Assembly (NCBI RefSeq): GCF_018977255.1
Contig: NW_024704743.1
Coordinates: 51,400,001-51,464,000, forward strand
Direction: 5' to 3'
DNA: 64,000 nt
Source: Callorhinchus milii
Lineage: Eukaryota
Below, piece after piece: positions 1 through 11,861 of the stretch (its first letter is position 1; each line of letters begins with the position of its first letter). Position numbers and translations under genes: made by a program. The notes under the pieces were generated by a model. That model was given only the letters and a program-made list of their open reading frames with translations. It did not search any database and was not told the DNA's origin.

Positions 1-812
1 ACCGCGTTTTTTAAAGGTAGTTATCGAATCGGCCTCCACCACCCTTTCAGGCAAAGCGTTCCAGATTCGAACAACCTGCTGCATGAAAAAATTTCTTCTC
101 ACCTTCCCTCTGCTTCTTTTAGATACTATTTTGAATCTGTGACCACGAGTCACTGACACACCCACCAGTGGAAACAGTTTTTCCCTTTCTAACCTATTAA
201 ATCCCCTCATGATTTTGGAGACCTCTATTAGGTTTCCTCGTAACCTTCTCTGCTCCAATGAGAATAATCCCAGCCTCTCTAACCTTTCCTCATAATCAAG
301 GTTATTCATTCCTTGTACCATCCTCGTAAATCTCCTCTGCACCCTTTCCAATGCCTTAACATCCTTCCTATAGTGTGGTGCCCAGAACTGGGCACAGTAT
401 TCTAACTTAGACCTAACCTGTGTTTTATACAGGTTAATCATAACCTCCTGACTCTTGTACTCTATGCCCCTATTTATAAAGTCTAGAATCCCATTTGCCT
501 TTTTTACAGCTTTATCCACCTGCCCTGCCACCTTCAAGGATTCATTTACCTACACCCCCAGGTCTCTCTGTTCTTTTACCCCCCTTAAGATTGTATTACC
601 AGCATATATTGCCTCCCCTCATTCTTTCTACCAGAATGCATTACCTCGCATTTCTCTACATTGAAAGTCATCTGCCATGTGTCTGCCCATTTTACCATTC
701 TGTCTATGTCTTCCTGCAGTTGGTTACTATCCTTCTCATTGTTTACCACCCGACCTAACTTTGTGTCGTCCGCAAACTTGGAAATGGTGCTTGCTATACC
801 CAAGTCCAGATC
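1..812 (-). mobile_element. CR1-clade LINE fragment (RT C-terminal region), 5'-truncated and cut by the window edge
   Basis: Minus ORF 585-803 reads SKFADDTKLGRVV...LQEDIDRMVKWADTWQM.FNVEKCEVMH; colinear and about 90-95% identical by eye with 40459-41265. Confidence 0.95.
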
Positions 813-1167
813 ATAATATACTACCTTCCTTCCAAATAAAAATAATAATCCTTAATCTTTGCATCCTCCCCCGTACCTTAATTCATTTGCAAAAGAAAAT
901 ATTTTCCCAGGTCATGTCAACAAACTTGAAACTTGACAGTGTTTTTTGTCTTGCCTAAGTATGACATTCCTGGCCTATGAGTCAATATTTCTATCAATCC
1001 TCTGTCATGAACACCTCTAAAGCCACTCATGACTCACATTCTTTTATAGAACGCCTTTTCCTATTATTATTCATAATTTCTGATAATTTTTCATTATTAT
1101 CATTTTATTTCAGCTCTGTCACTTCACTTAATTCCAGAATCAGTATCACACATTCCCACTCAGCTAT

Positions 1168-1276
1168 GTTTCGCCCACAAAATATACTGTCATTTCACTT
1201 TACAGTATATTCTGTGAAGCGCTTTGAGATGTCTCAAAGACGTGATAAGGCGCTGTATCAAATGCAAGGATTATTT
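1168..1276 (+). mobile_element. 5'-truncated SINE (family A 3' tail)
   Basis: cccacaaaatatac...tgtgaagcgctttgagatgtctcaaagacgtgataaggcgc...aaatgcaaggattatt matches the tail of the full copy at 47219-47588. Confidence 0.85.
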
Positions 1277-1577
1277 TAGGATTATTTATGTGCGGCTCAT
1301 TTAACTAGTTCTGCATTGTTTAGCACAAATACCAGTCATGAATTCTATGCATTCCGTTGCCACCAGCATTTCTTAAAACACTGTGTCCTTGTGTTGCAAG
1401 GAAGAACTTTCATTATAATAGCACCTTATCATATTAAAACATTTCAAATGCTTTATAACAATTACTGTCAAGTGCAGTGTAGGCAAAGTCCAATGCCTTC
1501 CGAATTGTTGACATGGACAATGTGCTCAAGTCCCAATGTGGGTTGAACATGAATCTTTAATAATAAAATAGTAATTT

Positions 1578-1763
1578 GCCTACAAAATAGTTACTACGTT
1601 TTACAATAAATCCTGTGAAGTGCTTTGAGATGTCCTGCTGATGTGAAGGCACTATTATAAAATGCAAGGATTATTGTTACTATGGTATTAATAATCCTTA
1701 GATTTGATACAGCACTTTATCACATCAAAACTTCTCAGAACATTTTATAGAGTTTTCTGTAAA
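1578..1763. mobile_element. Two SINE 3' tails in tail-to-tail orientation
   Basis: Plus-strand tail ending aaatgcaaggattattg, then a minus-strand tail starting taataatccttagatttgatac. Confidence 0.75.
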
Positions 1764-2119
1764 GTTTTTATGCGAACAAAATGTTTTCCGATCAAGATCT
1801 TTCTGATTCAAAGGAAAGTGTGCTACCAGTGGAGCTGAAATGGAATAATCAGAGAGTGTAAGCAAGCAGGAAATGAGACAATTGGCCTTTCGAGCCATTC
1901 CTGAGATCATGCTGAGCAGAAGAGAACAATTACGTCACAGAGTCAGTAAAGTCAGATTGCTGGAGCATTGGATGACCTGATTGTAAATAATCTATGGCCA
2001 TCAGGGTATTTAATGTTCAAAACTGATACCTATTCCTCCGGCCCGAAAATGCAATAGTGTTATGAGCTATCATATCCCTAATGCTTGAAAAAGCCAGCTA
2101 TTCTCTTAGATAGTCCGGG

Positions 2120-2430
2120 GGGGGGTGCTTCATTGCTGAAAGTGATGTCCTTCAGATGCGACGTTAGAACTGGTATTATTAAAGACCCATGGAACTGTTC
2201 AAAAAGATAAGGGAGTTTCCCCTGTTGTCCTGGCAAACAATCCCCCCAAATAAAATTGGTCAGTCACTTCATGACTGTTTGTGAGAGACTGTTGTGGACA
2301 AATTGGCTGCCATAGTCACCTATAAATATACAGTCACTCCAGTTCACAGTAAAACTCTGTGAAGCATTTTGAGAAGTCTCAATGATGTGCTAAGATGTTT
2401 CATCAAATGCAAAATTATTGTTATTATTAT
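2120..2430 (+). mobile_element. Deu-domain SINE, 5' part degraded
   Basis: Deu-like core cttcagatgcgacgttag...taaagacccatgg...gggagttt...gtcctggc, then L2-type tail and (TTA)n. Confidence 0.8.
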
Positions 2431-2464
2431 GTTCAGACAACTATAACCCGATGATTGTTCAAGA

Positions 2465-2583
2465 TTCACCCACAAAATACATAGTCAATCCACATTACAG
2501 TATATCCTGTGAAGCGCTTTGGGACGTCCTCCCGACGTGAAAAGCGCTATATCAAATGCAAGGATTATTATTATTATTTATTA
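2465..2583 (+). mobile_element. 5'-truncated SINE tail
   Basis: gcgctttgggacgtcctcccgacgtgaaaagcgctatatcaaatgcaagga(TTA)n. Confidence 0.85.
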
Positions 2584-2584
2584 T

Positions 2585-3085
2585 CCTCCGCTTTCTGCAT
2601 CGTCATCCACACTAAACTCTGTATACCCATCACCCCATCACTCCAGTCCTCACCGATCTCCATTGGTTTCCTGACTCTCAATGGATTGATGTGAAAGTCT
2701 TCAGTCCTTACTATCACCTACAGATACATCCACTTCCTGGCACCTTCTTATCTCCCCCATTTTTTCCTACCCTACTACTCTGCTAACGCCTTGGCTCAGC
2801 TAACTTGGACTTCCTGCGCATCCCCACATTCTCTGTGGACCATCATTTGCCGATCTTTTGGTTGTTGTACGCCCCAACCTCTGGAACTCCCTTCCTGTAT
2901 AACCCTGTCTCACCCCCTCTCTTTCTGTCTTTACATCCTGCCTCAAATCCTACTTTTTTGAATGAGCTCATGGCCAACTTCCCCTCCCCCCTGCTCAGCG
3001 TCCAAACCCATCCCTGTAAAGCACTCCAAGATATTACCCTATAAATACACAAAGGACGCTATATAAATGCAAGCTGTTGTTGTTT
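2585..3085 (+). mobile_element. Old L2 LINE 3' fragment
   Basis: Degenerate ITP-VLTDLHWFP/IDxK coding remnant, pyrimidine-rich 3' UTR, ends tatataaatgcaagctg(TTG)n. Confidence 0.8.
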
Positions 3086-3835
3086 TTCCCTCCCCTCCTC
3101 CTTCAGAAGAACAATTTTTTTTCCTCTATCAGCAATGGTTTACTCAGCTTACTAAAGCTTGGTTGCATGAATCAAATTAAATTCAAATTATGCAACACAA
3201 ATTAAGTTAATTGAATCTGCTTCCCTTCCCCTTATGTTGGCATCTTCAGTGCACTGAATAGAAAACATTTACCTCTGTGTTAAATCGACATCAAAATATG
3301 CAAACTTGCCTTACCAACACTAATCGTAATCTTAAAGACTGGACTGTCATTCATCATATGAGAGTCGATCATTGTAAAAATGATTAATTGTTAAAAATAA
3401 AGGCTGTGCTCCTCCCCTTATTATATTTTCCTCTTGTCTGTTGATACCTTTCATGCATTATTCCCTTAAGAATGAAACTCCACCAAAAAAAGGTAGCAAC
3501 AATGAAATTGCTGGGCTAATTACATGTGGTTGAAACTTGTGCAACTCATTAACTACCACAATGGTCTCCTACTGTCCATTGAGATGTCCAGCTATATCCC
3601 CAGGGAGCAGGCACTTGCTCGATTACTGTATTCCTATTCCATGAAATCTGCAGTGTACCGGTTTTAAAATCACTGCAGCCTCTCACTCTCTAATAATTTA
3701 CTTTAAATTATCTGACATTTGTATTTTCCTTTAAAATACAATTCCTATAGATATAAGACTGAATTCCACATCTGTTCACCATTTGTATTCTCCTTTTTTA
3801 TACCTTAGCCATAAATGTAACTTGCAGAATAGAGA

Positions 3836-4256
3836 AATAACAATCCTTGCATTTTATAGAATGCCTGTAACGTGTGAATTTCTGGAGAATGTAGTGACTG
3901 TGCATTTGAAGGTGAACACAGCAGTCAATTTTTGCAGAGCAGTGTTCCACAAAGAGCCAGAAAGTAAATAACAAATTTTATTTGGAGAATTGTTTGGGCA
4001 GATCCAAGAAGAAACCCCTTCGCTTGTAGAATAGTGTCTTGGGATTTTGATTCCCACCTGAACAGGCAAGACCTCATCCAAAAGATGGCATCTCCAAAAA
4101 TACATTGCTCCCCCCAGTTTTACATTGGATTATCAGCCTAGACTCTGAGCCCAAACAACAACAACTTGCACTCTGAGTTCAATGTCCCGATGTGGAACTT
4201 GAACCCATTATCTTCAGAGCCTGAAATGAGAGGGCTAACAACTGAATCAAGCTGAC
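3836..4256 (-). mobile_element. Deu-domain SINE with tRNA-derived head
   Basis: Reverse complement starts gtcagcttgattcagttg (A box), has ggttcaagttcc (B box), a Deu core (cttttggatgagg...ctgttcaggtgg) and an L2-type tail. Confidence 0.85.
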
Positions 4257-6414
4257 ATCGGATGTGATAATAAAAAATTCTTCAGTATAGCAAGAAAACT
4301 CTGAATTTAGAAATCTGGCTATTGCTTTTATTTGAACTGTTGTTTTACAATGTCTAACATTCAAAAGTACAAAATCTGAAAGAGATCAGATGAAGATGTG
4401 TCTACTGAAAGTTAGAAAGCACATTGTGTATTGAAATAATAGTTCATTCTCATTCATACTTGTACACTGAAATATTTTTAATATTATTTTTCTGTCTCAA
4501 GCTTCATTCTTAACATCATGCCCCAATAGTTTTATTTATGTTGCACCTTTCTGAGGATAAGCATTACAAATTCAGCTTCACGTTTGCCTTTAGGCATTCA
4601 ATTTTGTGAACATCATGTAATCCAAAGTCCCACCTCATGCCAAACCTATGGGTTTTCTTAAAATGTTTAACTTGAGGAATCAAAGCCAAGTCCACCAGAA
4701 ACACATAACCGTAAGCCACACAACTTACTACTATATACCCTCAGTGAACTAATCACCATAACTATGACTGCTCCAGATCCCCCAATAACGAATCATTTAT
4801 TAGTGTGTTCTTTTTTTCCTACTGCTTCCTCTATTTTGTCAAGAAGCCACCGTTTTCTAGCCAAGGCATTCTCATCCATCATTTACCTCCCTAAGGCTAC
4901 CATTGACATAGTTAAAGCAGAAATCGCTGCAAAATCAAAATGCACTAAAATAGAATCTTACTGTAACTGACTTTAAAACATTGTACCTTAATGGTCAAAA
5001 TAAATGTCACCTACCTTGAATCAACCTCCACAGTTCCAGTGGCACTGGCTTCCCTCCAGCTCTATTGTTTATGGTCTAATCTCTTGCAGACATTCGGGTT
5101 TAATGCAGCAACAGATACCTGCCTGATCTTGACTGAAAACTTGCCTTCTACTCATTTGAAAGTGGGTACAGCTCCCACCATATTGTGGAAGTAATTAAAC
5201 AACACTCTGCATGGTAACTATCAAATATGTCCCTTTATTCCAAAAATATAAAGTAAAGTGAAAGTCGTCATGTTTTCATATCTGGAGTTTTAATCAGATT
5301 CAAAACTCTTCAGAATGAGGTAAACAGGGCACTTTCCTCCAAGAGAGTATGCACTGCATACCATACCAAATAAACCGAAATTTTGAAACATATTTTCAAT
5401 AGGATACTCTTAAGCAAGGTGATGGTTTTCTGCTTGTGTCATATATAACTTTCCAAATGTGTCAATTTCCTCTCTTGTGGAAGTAAAAATCCTGAATTAT
5501 CCCTGGCTATCCAAGATTTCAATGTTATTAGAGTCTTATTAAGATTAACTATGATGTGATTAAATCCAAATTAAAGCCTTTGAAATTCTGCCCTTTCTGC
5601 TTTTGAATAGATTAGATCAAATATCTAAATTCAGCTTTATTTTCAGTAAAGTTCATTGGACTTAATGTTATAAGGGTTCTGCTATATTAATCTATTAGTA
5701 AAGTATATATTTCAAAGTATTATATTTAACCTCACACTCAGATTTCTAATTTATCCCATATTTTGATTGTTCTACCCTTCACTTGCAACTCTTGTTCACA
5801 GTTGATGAAATTGATTTATTGTGGTTTGAGTCAACTTAGCCCTATTCTTTTGACCCTGATGTTGATGTTCTTTTGCAGTATGCATTTGACAAGTTATTCA
5901 GCTCCATTACAGACCCTGAGTATTAAACCTCTTCGTATTGAACCTCATTCATATGCAAGACAGTCAGCCTCGTCAGAAGGTGCATCTCATTTCAGCTTAT
6001 CTGTGAGCCTCTTTGTTGCAGTCTGTACATAGGAAATTGCATAGTCTTATTAGCTATCAGGGTTTACTTTGACTCTTTTAGCAGTAGATTTCCTGGGAAT
6101 TACATTTCTGTGTGAGTATTGTTCTGTAAGGGTTTTGTTGTCCATATCTCCTCTAACTGCACAGGGCCGGGAGGGGGCACAGTGCTTTTAGTTTCAACCC
6201 TTCAACCTGCATGTACGCTCCTTGACTGTGTGTCATTTCATTTCTATTTCCTTCCCCACTCCAAGCTTCCCTCTTATTAGAATAGGTTGAATGTGTTTAT
6301 ATCGTTATTATCCTTATAATATATCATGGTACAAAGTATTTTGCTTCTAGCTTAAAGGGACAGTACCACCATAAAATACATGTCATCATGCTTTTACACA
6401 GAAATACCTTTTAC

Positions 6415-6715
6415 AAAGAATTAGATAGAATGAGACAGTATGGTAACATTCGACCCAGCTGGTCAGTGCCAGTGTTTATACTCTGCATGAGCTTCCACCC
6501 TCCTAATCCCCTCTCCTTTACTTCTCTATTCCCTCCTTCCTCTAAACATCTGAATGCATCATGTGTCCTCTTAAATACATTGATGCTATATATTTCAACC
6601 ACAGCTTCCAGCAGTGAGCTCCACCTTCTCACCACCATCTGCATAAAGAAGTTCCTCCTCAACTCTCTTTTAGATCTTCTATCAGCCATCTTATATTTAA
6701 GCCCCTCATTTTGGA
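6415..6715 (-). mobile_element. Old CR1 3' end
   Basis: Minus ORF RRNFFMQMVVRRWSSLLEAVVE...FK matches the CR1 ORF2 C-terminus (RRHFFTQRVVRIWNALP at 40395-40808). Confidence 0.85.
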
Positions 6716-7924
6716 TTCAGTGACACATTTAAAGGGCGATATATAGCTGTCATTGATCATGTTTGGCAATATAAATTAGTTTTGTTTGTAATAAAAATAA
6801 GATGGAGATGCTGTGGTGGGGTAGGCCTTGATTTGTACTCAGAGCTCTCTTCCTATTTATTTATGAACATTAAATTCTTGTTTGGATTAGATACGGTATA
6901 TGCCTCAGCAGAAACTTGTTGTCCAATGTTATAGTTATAGTGAATATTTCCAAAAATAATTATTATCCCCAAATTCTCTTAAATAAGTAGTGCTATATCT
7001 TAAAAAAAATATAATTTTTCCAGTGTTAGACAGATGCTACACATTTTGTTAATGAATAAATGAAACCTTAAGAGCATTATTTTTCATCTGTGTACTTATT
7101 TGTTTTTATCTTCCTTTGGGTTTTTTCGGATATATATTTCAGATGTGACACTATTTCTGTCACACTTTGGTCTTTCCATCACTGAGCGAGCGGTACCAAC
7201 AGAAAAATCTTCCATTGAGGTCACTTTAAAGAGTGTTACATACCTACATTTTAGATCTGTCAACAAGCCGAGCAGCTTGCATCTGCGTACTGTCGCCATC
7301 AGAATTTCAGCCTCTGCCAGACATTCCTCCCCCTGCAGGGGGTGTTTTCACCTTGACTAGAATAGAGCCATTTATCATGTGCAGTCTTTCCCTCTTCTCA
7401 ATTGTGTTCACTGCTCTGCATGCGTTCAAGTATTTGAAGATAATAATAAACTCAATAGTGCATGCTTATCTAGGATTTTGCAGACTAGAAACTGTTTGGC
7501 GCTATGCTTGCCTTCAGTGAACACCAATACAATCTGGCCAGTGCTCAAACCACATGTACACCTCTTTGTTCACAGAGGTCTAAATTGTGGTGTTCACACC
7601 GGGATTCCCAAAAAGTCATAAATATTGAAACCTCACACCAACTGTCCAATACTCTGAGATTGTGAATATAGTACTACCCTTTCAATCCCATTATGACCTG
7701 GAAGTACAGCTTTGCTCTGGTATTCATAGGAATTTCATGTGATTTAAATTCTGCCAGAAACAAACTTCACATCTCATGCATGTTCCATGTTGTACACTTC
7801 CTCCACAAATTTACAGCAAGCACGCTTCCTCATGCTTTTCAACGAACAGCAATCTCTATGTGTGAGTGCATGCTCCGCCTTACCCAATTGCACAGGAAAG
7901 ATAAGATCTCCTTTTTTTTATTTG

Positions 7925-8290
7925 TTTTGTCAGTTTTTTCCCCTTCCATCTTGAAGTCTATTGATTTTTTTTCCCTTCTACTTCAGGGTATTATGGGCAC
8001 AATTGTATGGCTCCCCAAGCACCTATCCCAAGTAGCATTATTTACGTATCAGGCAGAGTAAGCAGGGATTTCAACCAGATGCGGTAAGAATCATAACCAA
8101 GGCACACACCTACTCTAGCAAGGAAGTCTCCATAGTAATCTGAAATGGAAATGCTGGCAGCTTTCCTCTCAAGAAAGATGAGACCCTGAGGCAAATTGAA
8201 GCATAGTGCAAACAGGTGTTAAACCGGTTTCTATGGCTCCATTCCATAACCGCAGTGCCTTTATCCACCAGGCCAAATGAAAGAACCCCA
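7925..8290 (-). mobile_element. LF-SINE-like relic
   Basis: Reverse complement has caatttgcctcag...gaaagctgccag...cagattactat...gtgtgtg...aatgctacttgggataggt...gacttcaagatggaaggggaaaaaactg, colinear with the LF-SINE consensus as I recall it. Confidence 0.65.
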
Positions 8291-8449
8291 ATAAGACTAG
8301 CTCAAAAGTGCTTCTGACTTGATTTTTATTCAGTCAACAGAAACTTTATTTTCTTACACAAAATTTCTACCTGAATCATCAGTGCTGCATAACAATCGAA
8401 TCCTTGAAATTAATTTAAACTCGATAGTTTTTGAATACTGGAACTAAAA

Positions 8450-8540
8450 CTTACAATGCAGATTACAGTATTGTTCTGTGAAGTGCTTTGAGACGTCTCA
8501 ACAATGTGATAAAGCACTATATCAAATATAAGGATTATCT
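8450..8540 (+). mobile_element. SINE 3' tail
   Basis: ctgtgaagtgctttgagacgtctcaacaatgtgataaagcactatatcaaatataaggattat. Confidence 0.8.
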
Positions 8541-9089
8541 TTTTTTTAAAAGATTTGCATTCATTTTGGTTAAATGTGGGATGTTTGGGCTAGAGTGGTG
8601 CAGTGCATAGCAAGCTGTTTCAGTGCAGCTCAGCACTTGCTATTCAGATTTCTCATATAATGAAGACTTTTAACAAGCCAAATATAATGCAAATGCAAGA
8701 GTTCATTTCAAATACAATCAAGCATTTTGAACAAGCACATGACGCAGTAAAACTGTGCAGGCAGAACAATACCTGCTTCAGGGAGGCAGAGGGTGATGTC
8801 TGAATGGATCCATACTTACATAACAAGCGCTCCGGAATGCTACCCCACGTGAAGGGTGCTATTTAATGGAAGTTGTTGCTGTTGTTGTATTGAGCCATTT
8901 TAAAATTTGTGCTGTCCATGAGGAGAGGAAGTAAACTTTGCAGGAGATTCTTTAAAGCACAGTAATGGCATTCAATGCCAAAAAAAATGTAATTTGATGA
9001 TTTTTCTGCTCACTTTCTCCTCTCGGCTAACTCAGACCTGGTATGCCTTCCCAACCCTTCCACACCACACTTCAGCTACCATGTCTCTC

Positions 9090-9490
9090 ACCAACAAAAT
9101 ACATTCATGTAGCACCTTTCACATCGAGAGGATGCCCCAAGGTGCTGGAATTTAGGATTGAGTTCCAGTGGGCAAATAAGCTGAAGGGCCGACTGCCGAT
9201 TGTGGGGAGGCATAAAACAGGCCAGTGCAAGCCGAGTGGAGGGAGTGGCAAGGTTGATAAGGTTTTAGAAGTTCATTGAGGTAGGATGGCACAAAACCCT
9301 GGAAAGATTTAAAAGTGAGGACGTGGATCTTGAACGCAATCCTCTGGAGAACCAGTGGAACCCAGTGAGATTGGGGGCGTTAGGTTCACTGATCCTAGTG
9401 CGGGAGATGACATGAGCTGCAGAGTTCTGAATGGTCTGTAACTTGTAGAGTGAAGAGCCAGGAAGTCTGAGGAACAGACAGTTGTGCTGC
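9090..9490 (-). mobile_element. Old L2 3' fragment
   Basis: Tail cacctttcacatcgagaggatgccccaagg plus aaaagtgaggacgtggatcttg...accagtgg...gctgcagagttctgaatg, colinear with 23390-23900. Confidence 0.75.
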
Positions 9491-10089
9491 AGCCTGGATG
9501 TGATCTCTCACCTGTAGAACTGCTCAGTGTTTGACCCCCATCATTGTAAAGCACTTTGAGATGTTATCCAATGTGAAGGGCGCTATAATAAATGCAAATT
9601 ATTGTGATTGACTGCTGGATGTGGTTTAATGATGTCTGCAAGCATCAGTATAAGGGACTTTCCATGAGGAAAACTAGACATAAGGTTCTTCTTTTGCCCC
9701 TCCTCCATGCACCAGTCTGACCTCACTGCACCTTGGGACAATTGCACCTCTTTTGTCCCCTGATGTAAGTGTCCATAGAATCTACACAGGAAAAGCAATC
9801 ACATAGGAAGAGGTCACTGAGGAGCCCATAAACCTTTGCATCACTTTAATTAGAATACAGCCAATGAACTGTAGGTAAACTCGGTGTGCTTTACTCAGAT
9901 AATGCATAATTATATGAATAAATCCACTCTGTGCCTCACACAACTTACTCCATTAAGCTTTGGTTAAAAACGGCATTAGCAATTCAGCCAAAGATGAAAA
10001 TTTGCATTAAAGTGATGGAAATAAATAATTTGATTCAGCGAAAGCAGACTACAAACAACAGTAAAGTGCATTGGCAGACAAACACCAGT

Positions 10090-10222
10090 AATTAATAATC
10101 TTTGCATTTGTTATAGTGCCTCTCATGTCGGGAGGATGTCTCAAAGCACTTTGCAGAATTTACTGTAAAGTTTAGTGAATGTACATTTTGCAGGTAAATA
10201 TGACAGCCAATGTGTGCACAGT
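10090..10222 (-). mobile_element. SINE 3' tail
   Basis: taataatctttgcatttg...tgtcgggaggatgtctcaaagcac...gcaggtaaatatgacagccaatgtgtgcacag. Confidence 0.8.
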
Positions 10223-11054
10223 TACTATCAGGATATGTATGCTCTGTTTTACTCAAATCGAAGGTAGGTGTTTTTTCATTACTCCCAAAGTCAAGATGTG
10301 CCTTAGAATTTGTGGGGCTTAGAAGTTGTTGTTTTTGTCTCCTAAATTTGGGCCTATAATTCAGAGATTCTGATTTGTAACGTGTAACTGTGAGACGTTA
10401 AACTGAGGTCCATAAGTTTGTTCAGGTGGATGTTAAAGATCCCTTACCTTACCACCCCCACCCGCCCCCCGTGGTCCTCAGTTTCCCCCACCCCAACAGA
10501 GTTTGTTAGCACTCCATTTGTTTTAGATTCAATTAGAGAGGTGACACTTACAGGAAAGTATAGGATTATTGTATATTGTAAATATGTCATCGGAGTACAA
10601 AAAGATTAGATAGAAGCTACAAACCAAACCAAGCTTTATTGGACACGACAGTCAAGGATTCCTGCCAAGAAAATAGGCAATTTGTTCAAGTCATGTTACT
10701 TTTATTACATTGTAAACTTTAACATTGATGTGAAAAGCTTCTTTAAAGAAATGGGGAAAATAAATAACTCTTCAGAAGTGGAACCAACTTAATTTAGTTT
10801 TAAAGACAGGAATATTTTACTGGAGTACAGAGAGCAGGGCATAAGATTTAATTGCTGTGCTATGTGTGAGCTGATGAACAAGAAGTTTTACTTCCAGACG
10901 GAGGAAGGTCATGGGAAATTAACGACATAATAAACTAGAAGATAATTTGGATGTATGAAAAGGGGATGGGACTTTTGACTGCCATTCAGATAACCTTACT
11001 TCCCTCCTCCCACTCTCCTCAGTTTTCCCCACCCCAAGTTTGGACTCCATCAGC

Positions 11055-11290
11055 TATGTGAAATTCCTTGAGACGACTTCCCGACGTGAAAAGTACTAGA
11101 TAAAAAATAATAAGCCTTGCATTTAATATTTCGCTTTATCGCAACATTGAGACATCTCAAAGCATTCCACAGGATATATTACAAAGTGTAGTGACTGTGT
11201 GTATTTGTGGGTGAACATGGCAGCCAATTTGCACACAGCATTGTTCCACAAACAGCCATGGAGTGAATGAACAATTTTATTTGGGGGATT
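11055..11290. mobile_element. Tail-to-tail pair of L2/SINE 3' ends
   Basis: Plus-strand gagacgacttcccgacgtgaaaag abuts minus-strand aataataagccttgcattt...gagacatctcaaagc...cagccaatttgcacacagc. Confidence 0.75.
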
Positions 11291-11607
11291 GGTGGGTAGT
11301 ACAAATGTAAATTGTTGGTGTTGTGAGAATGTAATGGAGGGTGCTGCTTAGGGTACTCATGTCTTCATTTGTGTGGTTGTTGCAACTGGAATAAATTCTC
11401 TGAAATTTTGCTTTATTCCCCCAGTGAGCAATCCCACCGAACTTTATCTTCTGGGATGTTTACCTGTAGATGTTTTTCTGCTACGGGAGATTAATGGGTT
11501 AGGCAGTCTATGGTACAATAAATTGTTCAGGAACTTGAGGACGAATGGCTTTTTTCAATCCGTAGTTTCTTACAAGGAGCAGCTTTGTGGGGAGAGTTGC
11601 ATTAGGC

Positions 11608-11861
11608 CAGGGTGGGTCCAACTGGGATCCAGCACAGCGGATGGTTTCACCGGCCTGTGAGCCATCTCCAACTTCATTGCCAGATGAGCAAATACAGGCG
11701 ACATGCAGGCCCCGAGCCAATCAGGAGACAGTCACCAGGGCCTCAGGTTCTGCCTGGCAATGGGTCTGGCCAATCAGGATAAAATATTGCTAATGTGGCC
11801 CACAGACACTTCTGAAATCCAGCATCTGGTCCTCAGCAGCCAGAGGGTTGGACAACCCTTG
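11608..11861. mobile_element. Non-autonomous hAT (Charlie-like) MITE
   Basis: Termini cagggtgggtccaac ... gttggacaacccttg form imperfect hAT-type TIRs; subterminal atgtggccc...agccagagggttggac; 8-bp TSD not preserved. Confidence 0.6.
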
